Source: Camelus dromedarius (taxonomy: Eukaryota). From it: a DNA stretch of 64,000 nucleotides. Below the pieces are notes generated by a model, which saw only the letters and a program-made list of their open reading frames with translations, was not told the DNA's origin and made no database searches. A program made the position numbers and the translations under genes. The stretch lies in NCBI RefSeq assembly GCF_036321535.1, contig NC_087437.1, positions 82,462,001 to 82,526,000 on the forward strand. The letters are read 5' to 3'. This document shows, piece after piece, positions 1 through 12,869 of this stretch (position 1 is its first letter; each line of letters starts with the position of its first letter).

Positions 1-30
1 AAATGGGGAAATTTGAATACTGTCTAGAGT

Positions 31-2048
31 GTTTTTTTAATAATTGAAGTATTCTTGATGTACAACATATTCGTTTCAGGTGTACAACATAGTGATGAAA
101 TATTTTTATAGATTATAATCCATGTAAAATTATTATAAAATATTGGCTATATTCTCTGTGCTGTACAACATATCCTTGTAGCTTATTTATTTTATACATA
201 TTAGTTTGTACCTCTTAATCCCCTACCCTTACCATGCCCATGCCCCTTTCCTCCCTCCTGCTCCCCACTGGTAATCACTAGTTTGTTCTCTAATATCTAT
301 GAATCTGTTTCTCTTTTGTTCTATTCAATAGTTTGCTGTATTTTTAGATACCATATATAAGTGGTATCATACAGTATTTGTCTTTCTCTGTCTGACTTAT
401 TTCACTAAGCATAATATCCTCCAGGTCCATCCATATTGTGTGAATGACAAAATTTCAATCTTTTTTAAGACTAATATTCCATTGTATATACCATATCTTC
501 TTTATCCATTCATTGTTGATTGATACTTAGGTTGCTTCCATATCTTGGCTATCATAAATAATAATGCTGTGAACATTGGGGTGCATGTATCTTTTCAAAT
601 TAATGTGTTTTTTTTTAGTTATATATCCAGGAGTTGAATTGTTGAATTATATAGTGGTTCTATTTTTAGCTTTCTGAGGAACCTCCATACTCTTTTCCTT
701 AGTGGCAGCCCCAATTTACATTCCTACCAGCAGTGTACTAGGATTCCTTTTGTTCTACGTCCTCACCATACTTGTAATTTGTAGACTTTATGATGATAGG
801 CATCCAGAAAGCTGTGAGGTGACATCTCATTGTGGTTCTGATTTACATTTCTGTGATGATTAGTGATGTTGAGCATGTTTTCATGTGTCCATTGGCCATA
901 TGTATCTTTTCTTTGGAAACATATCTGTTCAGGTCTTCTACCTTTTTTTTTTTTTTTTGTCAGGTTGTTTGTTTTTCAATATTGAGTTGTAAGCTGTTTA
1001 TATATTTTAGATATTTACTCCTTATCAGTCATCATTTGTGAATATTTTCTCCCATTCAGTATGTTGTCTTTTTGTTTTGTTGATGGTTTCCTTTGCTGTA
1101 CAAAAGCTTTTAAGTTTAACTAGATTACATTTGTTTATTTTTGCTTTTTTTTTCTTTGCCTTAGAAGACAGATGGTAAAACATACTATTACAATTTATGT
1201 CAAAGAATGTTCTGCCTATGTTTTCTTCTAGGTGTTTTATGGTTTCTGGCCTTACATTTAAGTCTTTAATCCATTTTGAGTTATTTTTATATATGGTGTG
1301 ATAAAATATTCTAATCTCATTCTTCTATATGTAATTATCCACTTTTCATAGTACCAGTTACTGAAGAGACTGTCCTTTTCATTGTATATTCTTGCCTCAT
1401 TTGTCATATATTAATTGACCATGAGTGTGTTGGTCTATTCCTAGGCTCTCTAGTCTGTTCCATTGATCTATGTGTCTGTTTTCATGACAGTATCATGCTG
1501 TTTTGATTACTGTAGCTTTGTAGTATAGTCTGAAGTCAGGGCATATGATACCTCCATCTTTGTTCTTTTTTCTCAAGATTGCTTTGGCAATTTATGGACT
1601 TTTGAGTTTCCATATAAATTTTAGGATTATCTCTTATAGCTTGGTGAAAAATGTCCTTGATATTTGATAAGGATTACATTAACTCTGTAGATTGCTTTGG
1701 ATAGTATGGACATTTAAACAACATTAATTCTTCCAATCTGTGAACATAAGGTATATCTTTACATTTATTTATATCATCTTCAATTTACTTCATCGGTATT
1801 TTATAGTTTTTAGATTAGCTTAAGTTTATTCCTAGGTATAAACAAAAGTGTGCTTGCTTTTTCTATCTGATAGTTTATTATTAGTGTATTAAAAAGCTAT
1901 AAATTTCTGTATATTACTCTTATATCCTGCAAGTTTGCTGAATTCATTTATTAGTTCTCATAGTTTTCTGGTGGAGACTTAAGGGTTTTCTATATATAGT
2001 ATCATGCCATCTGCAAATAGTGACAGTTTTACTTCTTCTCTTCTAATT
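31..2048 (-). mobile_element. LINE-1, 5'-truncated (3' part of ORF2 plus 3'UTR), decayed
   Basis: Antisense L1 hallmarks such as 'ttttgattactgtagctttgtagtatagtctgaagtcagg', 'catgccatctgcaaatagtgacagttttacttc' and 'ctgacttatttcactaagcataat'. The T-rich tail is near 31-40. The flanks resemble an older L1MC/MD 3' end. Confidence 0.95.
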
Positions 2049-2124
2049 TCTAACTGGAATATTTAATGATATTATGGGATTATTATTAGTTTTTACCTGA
2101 GTGATGGGTATTCTATATGAGATG

Positions 2125-2300
2125 ACTTGCTCTCAAACTTTTTGATTTCAGGATCTCTTACACTTTTAAAAATTATTGAAGACCCTGAAGTTATTTTGTT
2201 AAGTAGCTTATATCTACTGATATGTGTATACTATAAATTAAAACTCAAAAATTAAAACAAAATATAGGTTAACTCATTTAAAATAAAATTATAATCCATT
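2125..2300 (+). mobile_element. hAT-Charlie DNA transposon terminal fragment (Charlie1-like)
   Basis: 'ctcaaactttttgatttcaggatctcttacacttttaaaaattattgaagaccc' resembles the recalled Charlie1 terminus. Confidence 0.7.
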
Positions 2301-2311
2301 ATAATAATAAT

Positions 2312-3518
2312 GATGCCAGCAAAATGGAGATATAGCAGTTTCCAGCACTCATACCTCCCATAGAAACATTAATTTTAACAACCACTCTGAGATGACAACA
2401 CTTTTATGGGAAACTGGGGGTATAGCACCTTTGCGGATTATAAAATCTGAAAATAGATGCATTGAGAAACAATTTTACTTTATTCGTGTCACCCCACTCC
2501 CAAGGAGCACAGCTCAGGACCAAGAGAGAATGCTTCAGTCCTTTATTTCTTCCAGGGGCAATAGTGAGAACAAAATGTGCACCCAGCTTCTCCAGCCTTG
2601 TAGGATGTTGCCCATGAGACTCACTTATATCTAACTCTACCCAGAAGGGATTGGCATGGCTAAGAAATCTATGGATGGCTAGGAAAAGAGAAAAGGATAG
2701 GGTTACAGTACCCAGTGGATCTTAACAATAGGCCACAGATCCTATAATCTGCTCAAGGTCTCCACCAAGAGCCCCACCTAGAGCCTTGTAGGACCCCTCA
2801 TCTGTAGCCTAATAGGGAGCTGATATGCACACCCACCACTGTGTATGTGCCCCTCTGTAGCCAGAAACCTGCATTCTCCTGCATACTGAGCACACAGGAG
2901 GATGGCAATTATTAAAAGAGAAAAAGATAGCAATTGTTGGCAAGGATGTGAAGAAGAAGGAACTCTTGTATACTGCAGCTGTAAAGCCATTATGGAAAAC
3001 AGTATCCCTCAAAAAATTAGAGCTACCTTATGATCCAGGAGGCCCACTTCTGGGTATTTCTCCAAAAAGTTGAAATCAGGATCTCAAAAAGATATTTGCA
3101 CTCCCATGTTTATTGTAGCATTATTCACAATATTGAAGATAAATCAAAACAACCTAAATGTCCATTGATGGATAAACGGATAAAGAAAATGTGGTATGTG
3201 TATACAATGGAATATTATTCAGCCTTAAAAAGAAGGAAATCCTGCCACCATGATAAACCTGGAGGACGTTATGCTAAGTGAAATAAGCCAGATACATAAA
3301 GACAAATACTATATGATCTCATTTATATATGGAGTCTAAAATAGTAAAACTCATAAAAACAGTAGAATAATAATTGCCAAGGGGCATGAAATGGGAAATG
3401 GGGAGGTGATGTTCAAAGGGTATAAACTTCAGGTATACAAGATATATAAGTTCTGGAAATCCACTATAGAGCATAGTGTCTATAGCTAACAATACTATAT
3501 TGTATACTTAAATTTAGC
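2312..3518 (+). mobile_element. LINE-1: 5'UTR-like segment joined to the ORF2 end and 3'UTR (L1MA-type)
   Basis: Starts L1-5'-like ('aaaatggagatatagcag'). From 2901 it reads as the canonical ORF2 end ('gatggcaattattaaaaga...tgttggcaaggatgtg...aacaacctaaatgtccattgatggataaacggataaagaaaatgtgg') followed by 3'UTR. Confidence 0.85.
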
Positions 3519-4508
3519 CACAGCAGTCAGATAAGAAAAATAAAAAGAATCCAAATTGGAAAGGAAGAAGTAAAAATATCATTGTTTACAGATAACATGA
3601 TACTATACATAGAAAATCCTAAGGATGTCACCAAAAACTGTTAGAACTTATCAATGAATTCAGCAAAGTTGCAGGATACAAAAATTAATATACAGAAACC
3701 CATTGCATTTCTGTACATTAACAATGAACTATCAGAAAGAAAAATTCAGAAAATAATCTGATTTATAATTGTATCAAAAAATAAAATACCTAGGAATAAA
3801 TCTAACTAAGGAAGTAAATGACCTGTACTTCAGAAAACTATAAGACACTGGTGAAAAATAATGAAGACACAAACTATATTACAAAGGTACAGTAATCAGT
3901 AATCAAAAGTAGTATGGTATTTACATAAAAATGGACACATAGAACAATGGAAAAGAAGAGAGAGTCCAGAAATGAACCCACACTTATATGGTCAGTGAAT
4001 CTATTATGACAAAGAAGGCAAAAACATACAATGGGGAAAAGACAGCCTCTTCAATATATGGTATACAGAAAACTGGACATTTACCTGCAAAAGAATCAAA
4101 CCAGACAGTATACACCATATACAAAAATAAACTCAAAATGGATTAAATTCTAAAATATAAGGCCTGAAACTGTGAAACCTCTAGAAGAAAATATAGGCAA
4201 TATACTTTTTGACATTGGTCTTAGCAATATTTTTTGGATATATCTCCTCAAGTAATGGGAAACAAAAGCAAAAATAAACAAATGGACTACATCAGACTAA
4301 AAAGTTTATGCACAATGAAGGAAACTCAAAAAAAAAAAACAAACCCAAAAGACTGCTTACTGAATGGAGAAGATATGTGCAAATGATACAGCTAATAATG
4401 ATTAATAGCCAGATTATACAAAGTAGCCATACAACTCAGCATCAAAAAAAAAAAAAAACCACCAAAACCCTGATTTAAAAATGGGCTGAAGACCTGAATA
4501 GACGTTTT
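3515..4508 (+). mobile_element. LINE-1 ORF2 fragment (RT region and downstream), decayed
   Basis: 'ccaaattggaaaggaagaagtaaaa...tttacagataacatgatactatacatagaaaatcct' is a degenerate LFADDMILY motif. Also 'aatgaattcagcaaagttgcaggatacaaaa'. Confidence 0.93.
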
Positions 4509-4999
4509 AAGTTTGTGACGCTGTTTATGAATCTTTTACATATAAATATAATAAAATGTTTAGTGAAACACATACATTATAATATTCCATAGGTAAAGAA
4601 AGGACTAAAAAAAAATCCATGATGGAAGTTTTTAGATTGATTGTATCTAGAGTATGTCCCTATATTAATTCTTTGGTCTAAAAAATTCTGAACTTAAAGA
4701 ACACATAAAGTGAAAATGGAATCAAATAAACAAAAATAAAGGTAAGATTGGAAGAGTATTACCTAAATCTGGTAACATATCCATAAAAACAAATTAACAT
4801 AATCCAAAATTGGAAAGTATAAGAGGCATTCCTTTGGAACCAAGCACTGTATAGTAATACTATACCACTTATATGAAAAAATTGTATTTGAAGTACTACA
4901 TAGTGCAATAAGCAAATAAAGCATGAAGTTGAAAGGAGGAAATAAAATTGATATTTACAAATGATATGAGTGTCTATATAAAAATGTGGTAGAATCAGA

Positions 5000-6650
5000 T
5001 ATAATTTATTAAAAATCATAAGAGTTTAATTTGGTTGGTTGATATAAATTCAGTATTCAAAAGTCAATTGCATTTCTGTATCCTAGGAATAATACTTAGA
5101 AAATGAAAACTCAAGGGGCAATATATACAGTAGCTAAAATAACTATAAAGAACTTAGGGATTAACCCAATAAAGTTTTGCAAGATTTATAGGCAGAATTT
5201 AATAAAATTTTACTGAATAATAATAGGAAAAATACAAATAAATTGAGATATATCCTATATACGTGGATAGAAATATTCAATGTTGTTGGAGTGTTAATTT
5301 CCCCCCAATTCTCTGTTCAATATAATTCCAATCACAGTTCCAACAAGGTTTTTATGGAATATGACAAGCCTATTCTAAAATTTATATGGAATAACAAATG
5401 ACCAATACATATCTACATAAGAAAAATAAGTAGTAGTGAGTAACCCTGCATATTTCAATAAGAGAAGTAAAGAATATGAAATAGCCAGATATCAATACTT
5501 ATTATAGAACTGTAGCAACTAAGGCAGTGAAATATTAGTGCTGAAATAGAAAAATAAACCAATAGAATATTATACAGAGCCCATTAACACACATATGTGC
5601 ACTTTCATGTAGGACAAAAGTAGAAAGCCAAGTCACTGTTATAAGTAGAGACTTCCCTGTAAGTGGAGATTGAAGAGTCAGTTACCTATATGGCAAAAAA
5701 GGAAATTAGATTTCTGTCTCAAACCATATACACGTGTGCACATGCGCGCGCGCGCACACACACACACACACATATCACCTTCAAGTAGATTAGGGAATTA
5801 AATGTGAAAAGGAATACTTCAAAATATTTATTTTCTAGAGAAGATAACATGTTGATTATAAAAGAAAAGACTAATTAATTGAATTAAGATTTCAACTTAT
5901 ATTTATTAAAAGATTTCTTAAAGTAAAAGGGCAGAATATAAACTGATAGTAGATGTTTGTAACACACATAAAGGACAAAGAATTACCCTCAAAAACATAC
6001 CAATAATGCTTACAAATTAATAAAAAAAAAGACAAAGGCCAATAGAAAAATACTTAAAAGATTTGAATACACATATTATAGTGAAGGAAACACACATGAG
6101 ATATTCAGACTTACCCAGGGAAAGCAAACCAAGAAAATGAGATAAAGGGATACCTAAATGAGATACCATTTTTTATGCATATACTTGGCAGAATCTAAGA
6201 AAATGTGATAGTACTGAGGGTTGGAGAGAATGTGGATCAGTGGAAACTCTTTTACATTGCTGATGAATGTACACTGTGGCAATGGTTTTGTCTAGATGTA
6301 TGATGTTTCCTGTAATTTTAAATGAACACATGTATACCCTAGAAATCCCAAATAAATTACTTGTATATATACTTAAGAGAAATTCTTTAAACTATACAGA
6401 AGGCATACATATGTAAGAAGCTTTATAGAAAACTAACAATAGAAAATTCAAAATAAACAAACTTCTCATTGACAAGCGAATGGATTGATAAATTTTGGCT
6501 TATTCCTATAATACATTATGAAACAGTAAAAATGATTGAATTAAAGCTATGTACAATAGCATGGATAAATCTTGGTAAAATGCTGAGTGAAAAAAAAAAA
6601 AGTGACAGAAGACTACAAAAGCCAAATGCCTTTTTTACAAAGTTCAAAGT
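5000..6650 (+). mobile_element. Old LINE-1 (L1M/L1ME-type) ORF2 3' part and 3' end
   Basis: Degenerate L1 phrases such as 'attcaaaagtcaattgcatttctgtat', 'gacaagcctattctaaaatttatatgga' and 'caatagcatggataaatcttggtaaaatgctgagtgaaaaaa'. Confidence 0.85.
5725..5775. repeat. Compound alternating purine-pyrimidine microsatellite (TG/CG/CA)n
   Basis: catatacacgtgtgcacatgcgcgcgcgcgcacacacacacacacacatat. Confidence 0.95.
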
Positions 6651-6654
6651 AAGC

Positions 6655-6820
6655 AATATATATGTATGCTTACATTTATATTCATATACATATGTTTATA
6701 TACAGACAAACATATTTATAGATACATTTGTATATACTTATGTAGACATTTATATGCATATAACTATGCATGTATTTGTGAATATGTATTTTACATACTG
6801 ATATATATTATATATAATTA
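6655..6820. repeat. Degenerate (TA/TG/CA)n low-complexity tract
   Basis: Long run of tata/taca/tatg units. Confidence 0.8.
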
Positions 6821-7059
6821 AAAAAATTTTAAGAAAGCAAGACATTATGAATATACAATTCAAAGTGGTGTATTTTTGTGAAGATTTCTTGATTGGTAAT
6901 TGGAACCAAGATTCATTGTATTATTTAACAGTAAATAAATGAATCCAAGTAAGCTGTACATGGACCAAGGGTGATAATGTGTCATGAACCAAGAATGATG
7001 GTTGATCCAGTTCTCTTTACTTTAATTCCAAAAGTAACAATTAGTAAAACATAATAAAG

Positions 7060-8858
7060 GAGAGACATAATATATTCAAAGTGCTGAAAACTAAAATCTT
7101 GCAACCTAAGGTACTCTACTCCATAAGATTATAATTTAGAATAGGAAAGATAAAGAACTTCTCAGGCAAGCAAAAACTAAAAGTTCATCAATACTAAGCC
7201 TCCCCTGAAATAAAAATTAAAGGGTCTTGTTTAACTGGAATAAAAATAAGATTATATAGTAAAGTGAAAATCTGCTAGGAATGGCAGGCAAATATGTAGT
7301 TAGGACTAAGGATCAACCATTTAAATAAGCCAATAAGAAGAGTAGAAGAAAATTTATAAAAGCAATTGTAAGTATAGTAAACAGTTAATGAATAAACATG
7401 AAAATGTAAAATATGAAATCAAAAACAAAATGTGGGATAGAGGAGTAAAAAATGTAGATATTTTAAAATGTATCACAAGGGATGGACAAACTCCCATAAA
7501 GTGTTTTAAAAATTAACTTTCCAGGAAGTGAGTTAAAATCAGTAAAAACACTTTTATGAGTTTAAAAAAAATGGCAGCCAGTTTAAAACAAGTAGATATA
7601 GTTCAGTGTATGTAAACCCCATGGTAACCACAAATCAAAAACATACAATAGATACACAAAAGCTAGAAAGAAAGGAAAACAAACACAATACTAAAGAAAA
7701 TCATCAAACCACAAGGGAAGAAACAAAAAGAAGAAACAAACAAAAAAGAACTACAAAAACAAATGGAAAACAAGTAATAAAATGGCAGGAAGTACATACC
7801 AATCAATAATTACTTTAAATGTCAATGGACTAAATGCTCCAATCAAAAGACATAGGGTGGCTGATTGGATTAAAAAAGAAGACATTTCTATATGCTGGCC
7901 TACAAGAGGCTCACTTCAGAGCTGAAGACACACACAGACTGAAAATAAGAAAATAGAAAAAGGTATTTTATGCACATGGAAATGACAAAAAAGTGAGAGT
8001 AGCAATACTCATATCACACAAAATAGATGTTAAAACAAAGGCTATAACAAAAGACAAAGAAAGGCATTACTTATGATAAAGGGATCAATACAAGAAGAAG
8101 ATACTACACTTGTTAACATACATGCACCCAGTACAGGAACACTTGAATTTACAAAGCAAATACTAACTGACATAAAAGGAGAAATTGACAATTACACATT
8201 AATAGTAGGGACTTTAACACTGCTGACATGAGTAGATAGAAAATCTAGGCCCCCTCCCCCCAAAAAAAATCAATGAAACAACAGTGGTCTTAAATGACAC
8301 AGTGTACCCGTTGGACTTTATATATATATATGACATTACATTCCTTAATACACATTTTTTTCAAGTGCACATGAATCATTCTCCAGGTTAGATCACATGC
8401 TAAGTCACAAAACAAATCTCCACAAATTTAAGAGGATAGAAAGTATACTAAGCATTTTCTTCTGACCACAACAGCATGAAATTAGAAATCATTTTCAGAA
8501 AGAAAATTGGGAAAAAAATAAACACATGAAGACCGAACAGCATACTACCAAAAACTGATTGGTTAATGAAAAAATCAAAAAGGAAATCAGAAAACCTCAA
8601 GAAAATTGAAAATGGAAACATACCCCAAAATATATAGGATATAGCAAAGTAGCTCTAAGAGGGACATTTATAGTGATATAGGCCTTCCTCAAGAAGTAAG
8701 AAAAATCTCAAATAATCTAACCATCCACCTAAATGAATTAGAAAAAGAAGAACAAGGCCCAAAGTTAGCAGAAAGAATTAAATAATAAAGATCAGAAGGG
8801 AAATAAATAAAACAGAGATCAAAAGGCAGTATAAAAGATCAATAAATCTAAGAAACTT
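7060..8858 (+). mobile_element. LINE-1 internal fragment: ORF1 end, inter-ORF spacer, ORF2 endonuclease domain
   Basis: 'ataattactttaaatgtcaatggactaaatgctccaatcaaaagacatag' encodes the ORF2 N-terminus ITLNVNGLNAPIKRH. 'tctgaccacaac' is the SDH motif. ORF1-like 'atattcaaagtgctgaaa' lies upstream. Confidence 0.95.
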
Positions 8859-8894
8859 GAGGAATTATTAAAGGTTAAATAATTGAATAACATG

Positions 8895-9190
8895 AATTCT
8901 AGGAAGAGGAAACAACCGTAGCAAAGATCTTATGGCGGGAGACCAGGGAATAAAATGGGGGTTTGTTTAAGAAGAGACTGGTGATGGAGGCAGCAGCTAA
9001 ACCATCCAGAGATTAGTAGTTGCAGTAAAGTATCTGGTGTTTATTCTAAAAGCGATCATACAGTTTTGCCAATGGTGTTGACTGCAGGTGGAGACTAGAT
9101 TGGTGGGGATTAGAAGTTGCAGGAGCTCATTGAAGAGACTTGTGCAGGTGTCTGAAAGTGGTGATAGTATTTTGGCAATGAGATGAACAG
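8895..9190 (-). mobile_element. L2 fragment
   Basis: 'ggaagaggaaacaaccgtagcaaagatctt...gtaaagtatctggtgtttattctaa' resembles antisense L2. Confidence 0.6.
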
Positions 9191-10084
9191 AAGAGTCTTA
9201 CAGTTTTATTTTTCAAACAAACATGTCAAAATATTCATTAAGCTGCATTCATATAATATGATATTATTCAAACAGCCACTAAAATTACTTCTTTGCTTTT
9301 GAAGAATATTTAATGATTAATTCAAGTAAGCAATGATATAAAGCAGAATGGAAAGCCATACTTATAGAATCCACCCTAATAGTGTCGGTACAGAAAAACT
9401 AAATGAAGGAGGAAGAGGAGAGAGAGGGAGGAAGAAGAGGAGGAGAAAAGTCTATGAAAATGTTACTAGTGTCTTTGTCAGGTAGGAGTATAAATAAATG
9501 TTGTTTTCAACTGTACAACTTTCACTATTCATTAGATTTCATATATTAAGTGTATATTTCTTTTAAAATCAGAAAAAGTTGAGATACGATAATCTAATGT
9601 AGGTTCATACTTTTATTTAGAAAAATAAAGCCGAGAAAAATAAGCCCCAAAATCACATCAGATAGAACTGTATTAGTAATTTATTTAAATTTATTTAGTA
9701 GATTAATTAGCTGGCAAAGCAAATATGCCACCTGGATAATTCAGAGCTTTGAGAGGAATGGTCTTTGTAACAGTATTTTCAAGATGACCAGAAGAATTAT
9801 CCAGTCAGTTCTTTTTAAGTGTCTGAAACATTTGTGGGCCATTGAGGGTCGTAATTCTTGTGAAGATTTGCAAATCAAATGCACACACCTGACTAGGCAA
9901 AAAACAGGATCAAATAGGGTAATCAGCTTCATTTATATGATTTTTATATTTTCATTCCTGATTATTATTCTCAAATACTCCTGGTTTTATTAATATTGTT
10001 AATAAATAATGAGAGCAGAAGTCAGCACACCAATTAATTAAAGCCACAAGTTCTCCAAGCAAATTGCTGAAGATTGAATGATGT

Positions 10085-10205
10085 CTCCGATTTTACTAGC
10101 CTTGTGACTTCAGACAGGACATTTAACATCTCTTGTGTCTCAGATTCGTCATCTGTGAAATGAGAATAATAGTGTCACCCTCGTAGGATTTTAACAAGTG
10201 GTAGT
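10085..10205 (+). mobile_element. MIR SINE
   Basis: MIR core 'tgtgacttcagacaggacatttaacatctcttgtgtctcagattcgtcatctgtgaaatgagaataatag'. Confidence 0.85.
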
Positions 10206-11619
10206 ATGGCTTGCATAGTGATGAGGAACATGATTCTAGAGCCTAAAAAATTCTCAATGCCTTTTCTACACAGAAGGAAGCCAAGCAGGATCATCCCCAG
10301 GTTGCTTTGTCCAGGAAGGGTTCTGCATAGTCTCAAGTGTTTCCTTGAACGTAGGATCCAGAAGAAAAGTCTGGAGCATTGGCATGAAGCAGTTCACTGA
10401 CTTTCCAGCTGTAATACATTTTAATTTTCCTAAACACATGGCAAGCACCAAGAGAAGAATGCACTGTATATAAAATCAGTCTCCCTGAGCTGTTCATTAT
10501 TTATAAACAAGTTAACATGAACTCACATTCTTACATTTAGTTCTTTATGTGTGTTTTATATTTATTGGTTTATTTAGATAGTGTTTGGATTAAGTCTTCA
10601 AATTTAGCATTCTGAAAAGTATTTAAGTATTGCTGACAGCTAAAAAGTTTAGTTCTCTACTCAGTCCTTCACCAGTTCTCAAGGTTTACTGATGAACAAC
10701 AATGCATGAATGCTTTCTTCCCCTCCATGGGTAAAGCTGTCCTAAAAGTATCAGAAATCAGCAAGAGCAAAATTTGGTGCTTCTAGATATCAGGGACTCA
10801 CTAGTTCTCTTTGAGGATTCCAGATACCCGAGATTGGGATCTAATTTCAGATATTGAAGTTAGACTGAGGAATTAGCTTCTGAACTTTGTTAATTCTTTA
10901 GTTCTAGGAAATTTATGTATCAATGGTTAACACAGGAGTTCTTACTGACTAAAACGTGCATCATGAAAAATCAGATTAGTCACATCCAGCACATTAAATG
11001 TTGGTGAAAGAAATCACATACTTTATTTTTGGGAGTCACTGATATTGCAGCAGCCCAATATCTTACAGTTCTTGTCATGGCCACACAGGAGTTTAACAAA
11101 CATTTTGGTTGACTGGATAATGTCTTGATTACAAAGGGTTAGCAGAAATCCCTGTCCTGAAAAGTCATATTGTACAGGCTCATAGGTCAAACTCAAAAGA
11201 TGGTGGGAGGGCTTTGGCTGTGCTAGTTATTCATCCACAGGAGAATCAGTTTAAAAAGAACCTCAGTTGTAGGGTTTGCTTTACTGGAAGCATACCAACT
11301 CTTTCTATTCTAAATATTATGACATTTCTTCCTCACTTATAAAATTGGAAAAGATTTTCTTAGGAAGAAATAAATGAGTAATTGTCTTGGATCTTTAGAA
11401 ACAATTGTGAATTACACTGAAGTCAGCTGTGGTAATGTAAAACTCTTGGACACTTGAGATGAGCCATTTCTTGTGCAGATCCCTTTTTCTCAAAGTGTCT
11501 GCTTGATCACATGTCCAAGAATTCTCCTGGCTCCAATTTTCTTTGCCACTTGAGTAATTTTGAAAGATGAATAGAGGCTTATATTCACTCAAGAGTAGAT
11601 TCAATAATGATGGTATAGA

Positions 11620-11965
11620 GAATGCTATAGAGCACAGTCCTACCCTTCCAGAACCATAGCACTCATTACCCCAGGTATTGGTACCTGGTAAAAGTATTGG
11701 TTACTAATAGCTCTTCACTTAGACTGTCTCTGGGCATTGGCCTTGGCTAAAGGAATCTGCCTCACCCAAAGTTGTACTCCCTTCCTTGAGCAGCTTGCAT
11801 CCAATAACTTATTACTGAGGAGGGTACAAAGGCCCAATCTCATTGCCTCCATTTGGGACTATACTGAAGGGCCATTCCTAGTGCCAGAACTTCCTAGAAG
11901 ACTGGCTGAGGCCTTTATTAGAGGACTACATTGCAGTTCAGCTTGTCCCAACTTTGCCTCCCACA
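11620..11965 (+). mobile_element. ERV-L LTR (LTR16C-like)
   Basis: 'ggcattggccttggctaaaggaatctgcctcacccaaagtt...gcatccaat...gggtacaaaggccc...ctgaagggccattcc...ggctgaggcct' follows the recalled LTR16C consensus. Confidence 0.8.
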
Positions 11966-11989
11966 AAATATTGTCAGCTGAAGGGTTTT

Positions 11990-12730
11990 CCAGCCATACA
12001 TAGTGTGTCTCCTCTAGCCTGTTCACTTCTCTCTGCCTGTTGATCACTATCTCAGCTGTTTGCCACAGTGGTTCTAGAATTTCCACTTCACTTAGAACAG
12101 GCTTTTGTTTTTTCCCAAACTTCCACGGATCATCCTAGCAGTATGTTAACTCTTTTTTTTCCCCCTTAAAGTCTTGCCAGGGAGTTAATTCCTATGTCCC
12201 AGAAGAGTGGCAAATAAACTCTCACTTATTGAACTTTGTATTCTCTCCCCCTGATCCAGCACCTCAGGAACAAATCTCTTGACCTTTACTAATATGTGTT
12301 AACCAGGTCTTAACTGATCTTTGGCATATATTCCTTTTCCTTTATCAGACCTAGCACTTCCCTGGTTGGGTGATATTATAAATGGGCCCTAGATATTGGT
12401 CTGGTGGTCAGGAGAGGAAGTGGAGACATATCCTGAGAGTAATGCATATTGTATCACAAAGCAGAAAGGGGAAGCACCAGCCTTTAACAGGGATGTTTGG
12501 GCCACTTCTGTGGGCTCAGGGAGGTCAGGAGGATCTAGGAATTCAAAATTTTTGATACATTCACCCAAATGACTCCATCCCTAGAATCAGGATTCTGTGC
12601 TTTCCAAATTAGACTTCTGATCTTTGTATATCAGATTTGCCACTGTTGAGAAGTGAACTTTTTCTGGAGCTCTACTATATTTGTAAAGTTATTTTCTTCC
12701 TTCAGTAATTGAGAGTCTCTTTTTGTTCTA
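11990..12730 (-). mobile_element. ERV-L internal gag-derived segment (degenerate)
   Basis: The minus strand near 12675-12560 translates VELQKKFTSQQWQI*YTKIRSLIWKAQNPDSRDGVIWVN, similar to ERV-L/MaLR gag 'ELQRKLNSQPR..KVRALIGKEWDPETW.GD.W'. Confidence 0.75.
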
Positions 12731-12869
12731 CCAGGAAGGCCTTGACTTTCAGAGCTCATATTTAATTATTTATTATTGTCAACATTTGACATTAATCCGA
12801 CAAATGTAATATTTTTCATCTGTCAAAAGAGAGGTTAAAACTGCATTCGCATAGAATAGAAAATACAGA

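Noticed and set aside
3030..3281. 83-aa ORF containing KQPKCPLMDKRIKKMWYVYTMEYYSALK
   Set aside because: It is a remnant of the L1 ORF2p C-terminus, not a host gene.
7606..7809. Lysine-rich 67-aa ORF
   Set aside because: It is A-rich L1 inter-ORF spacer sequence.
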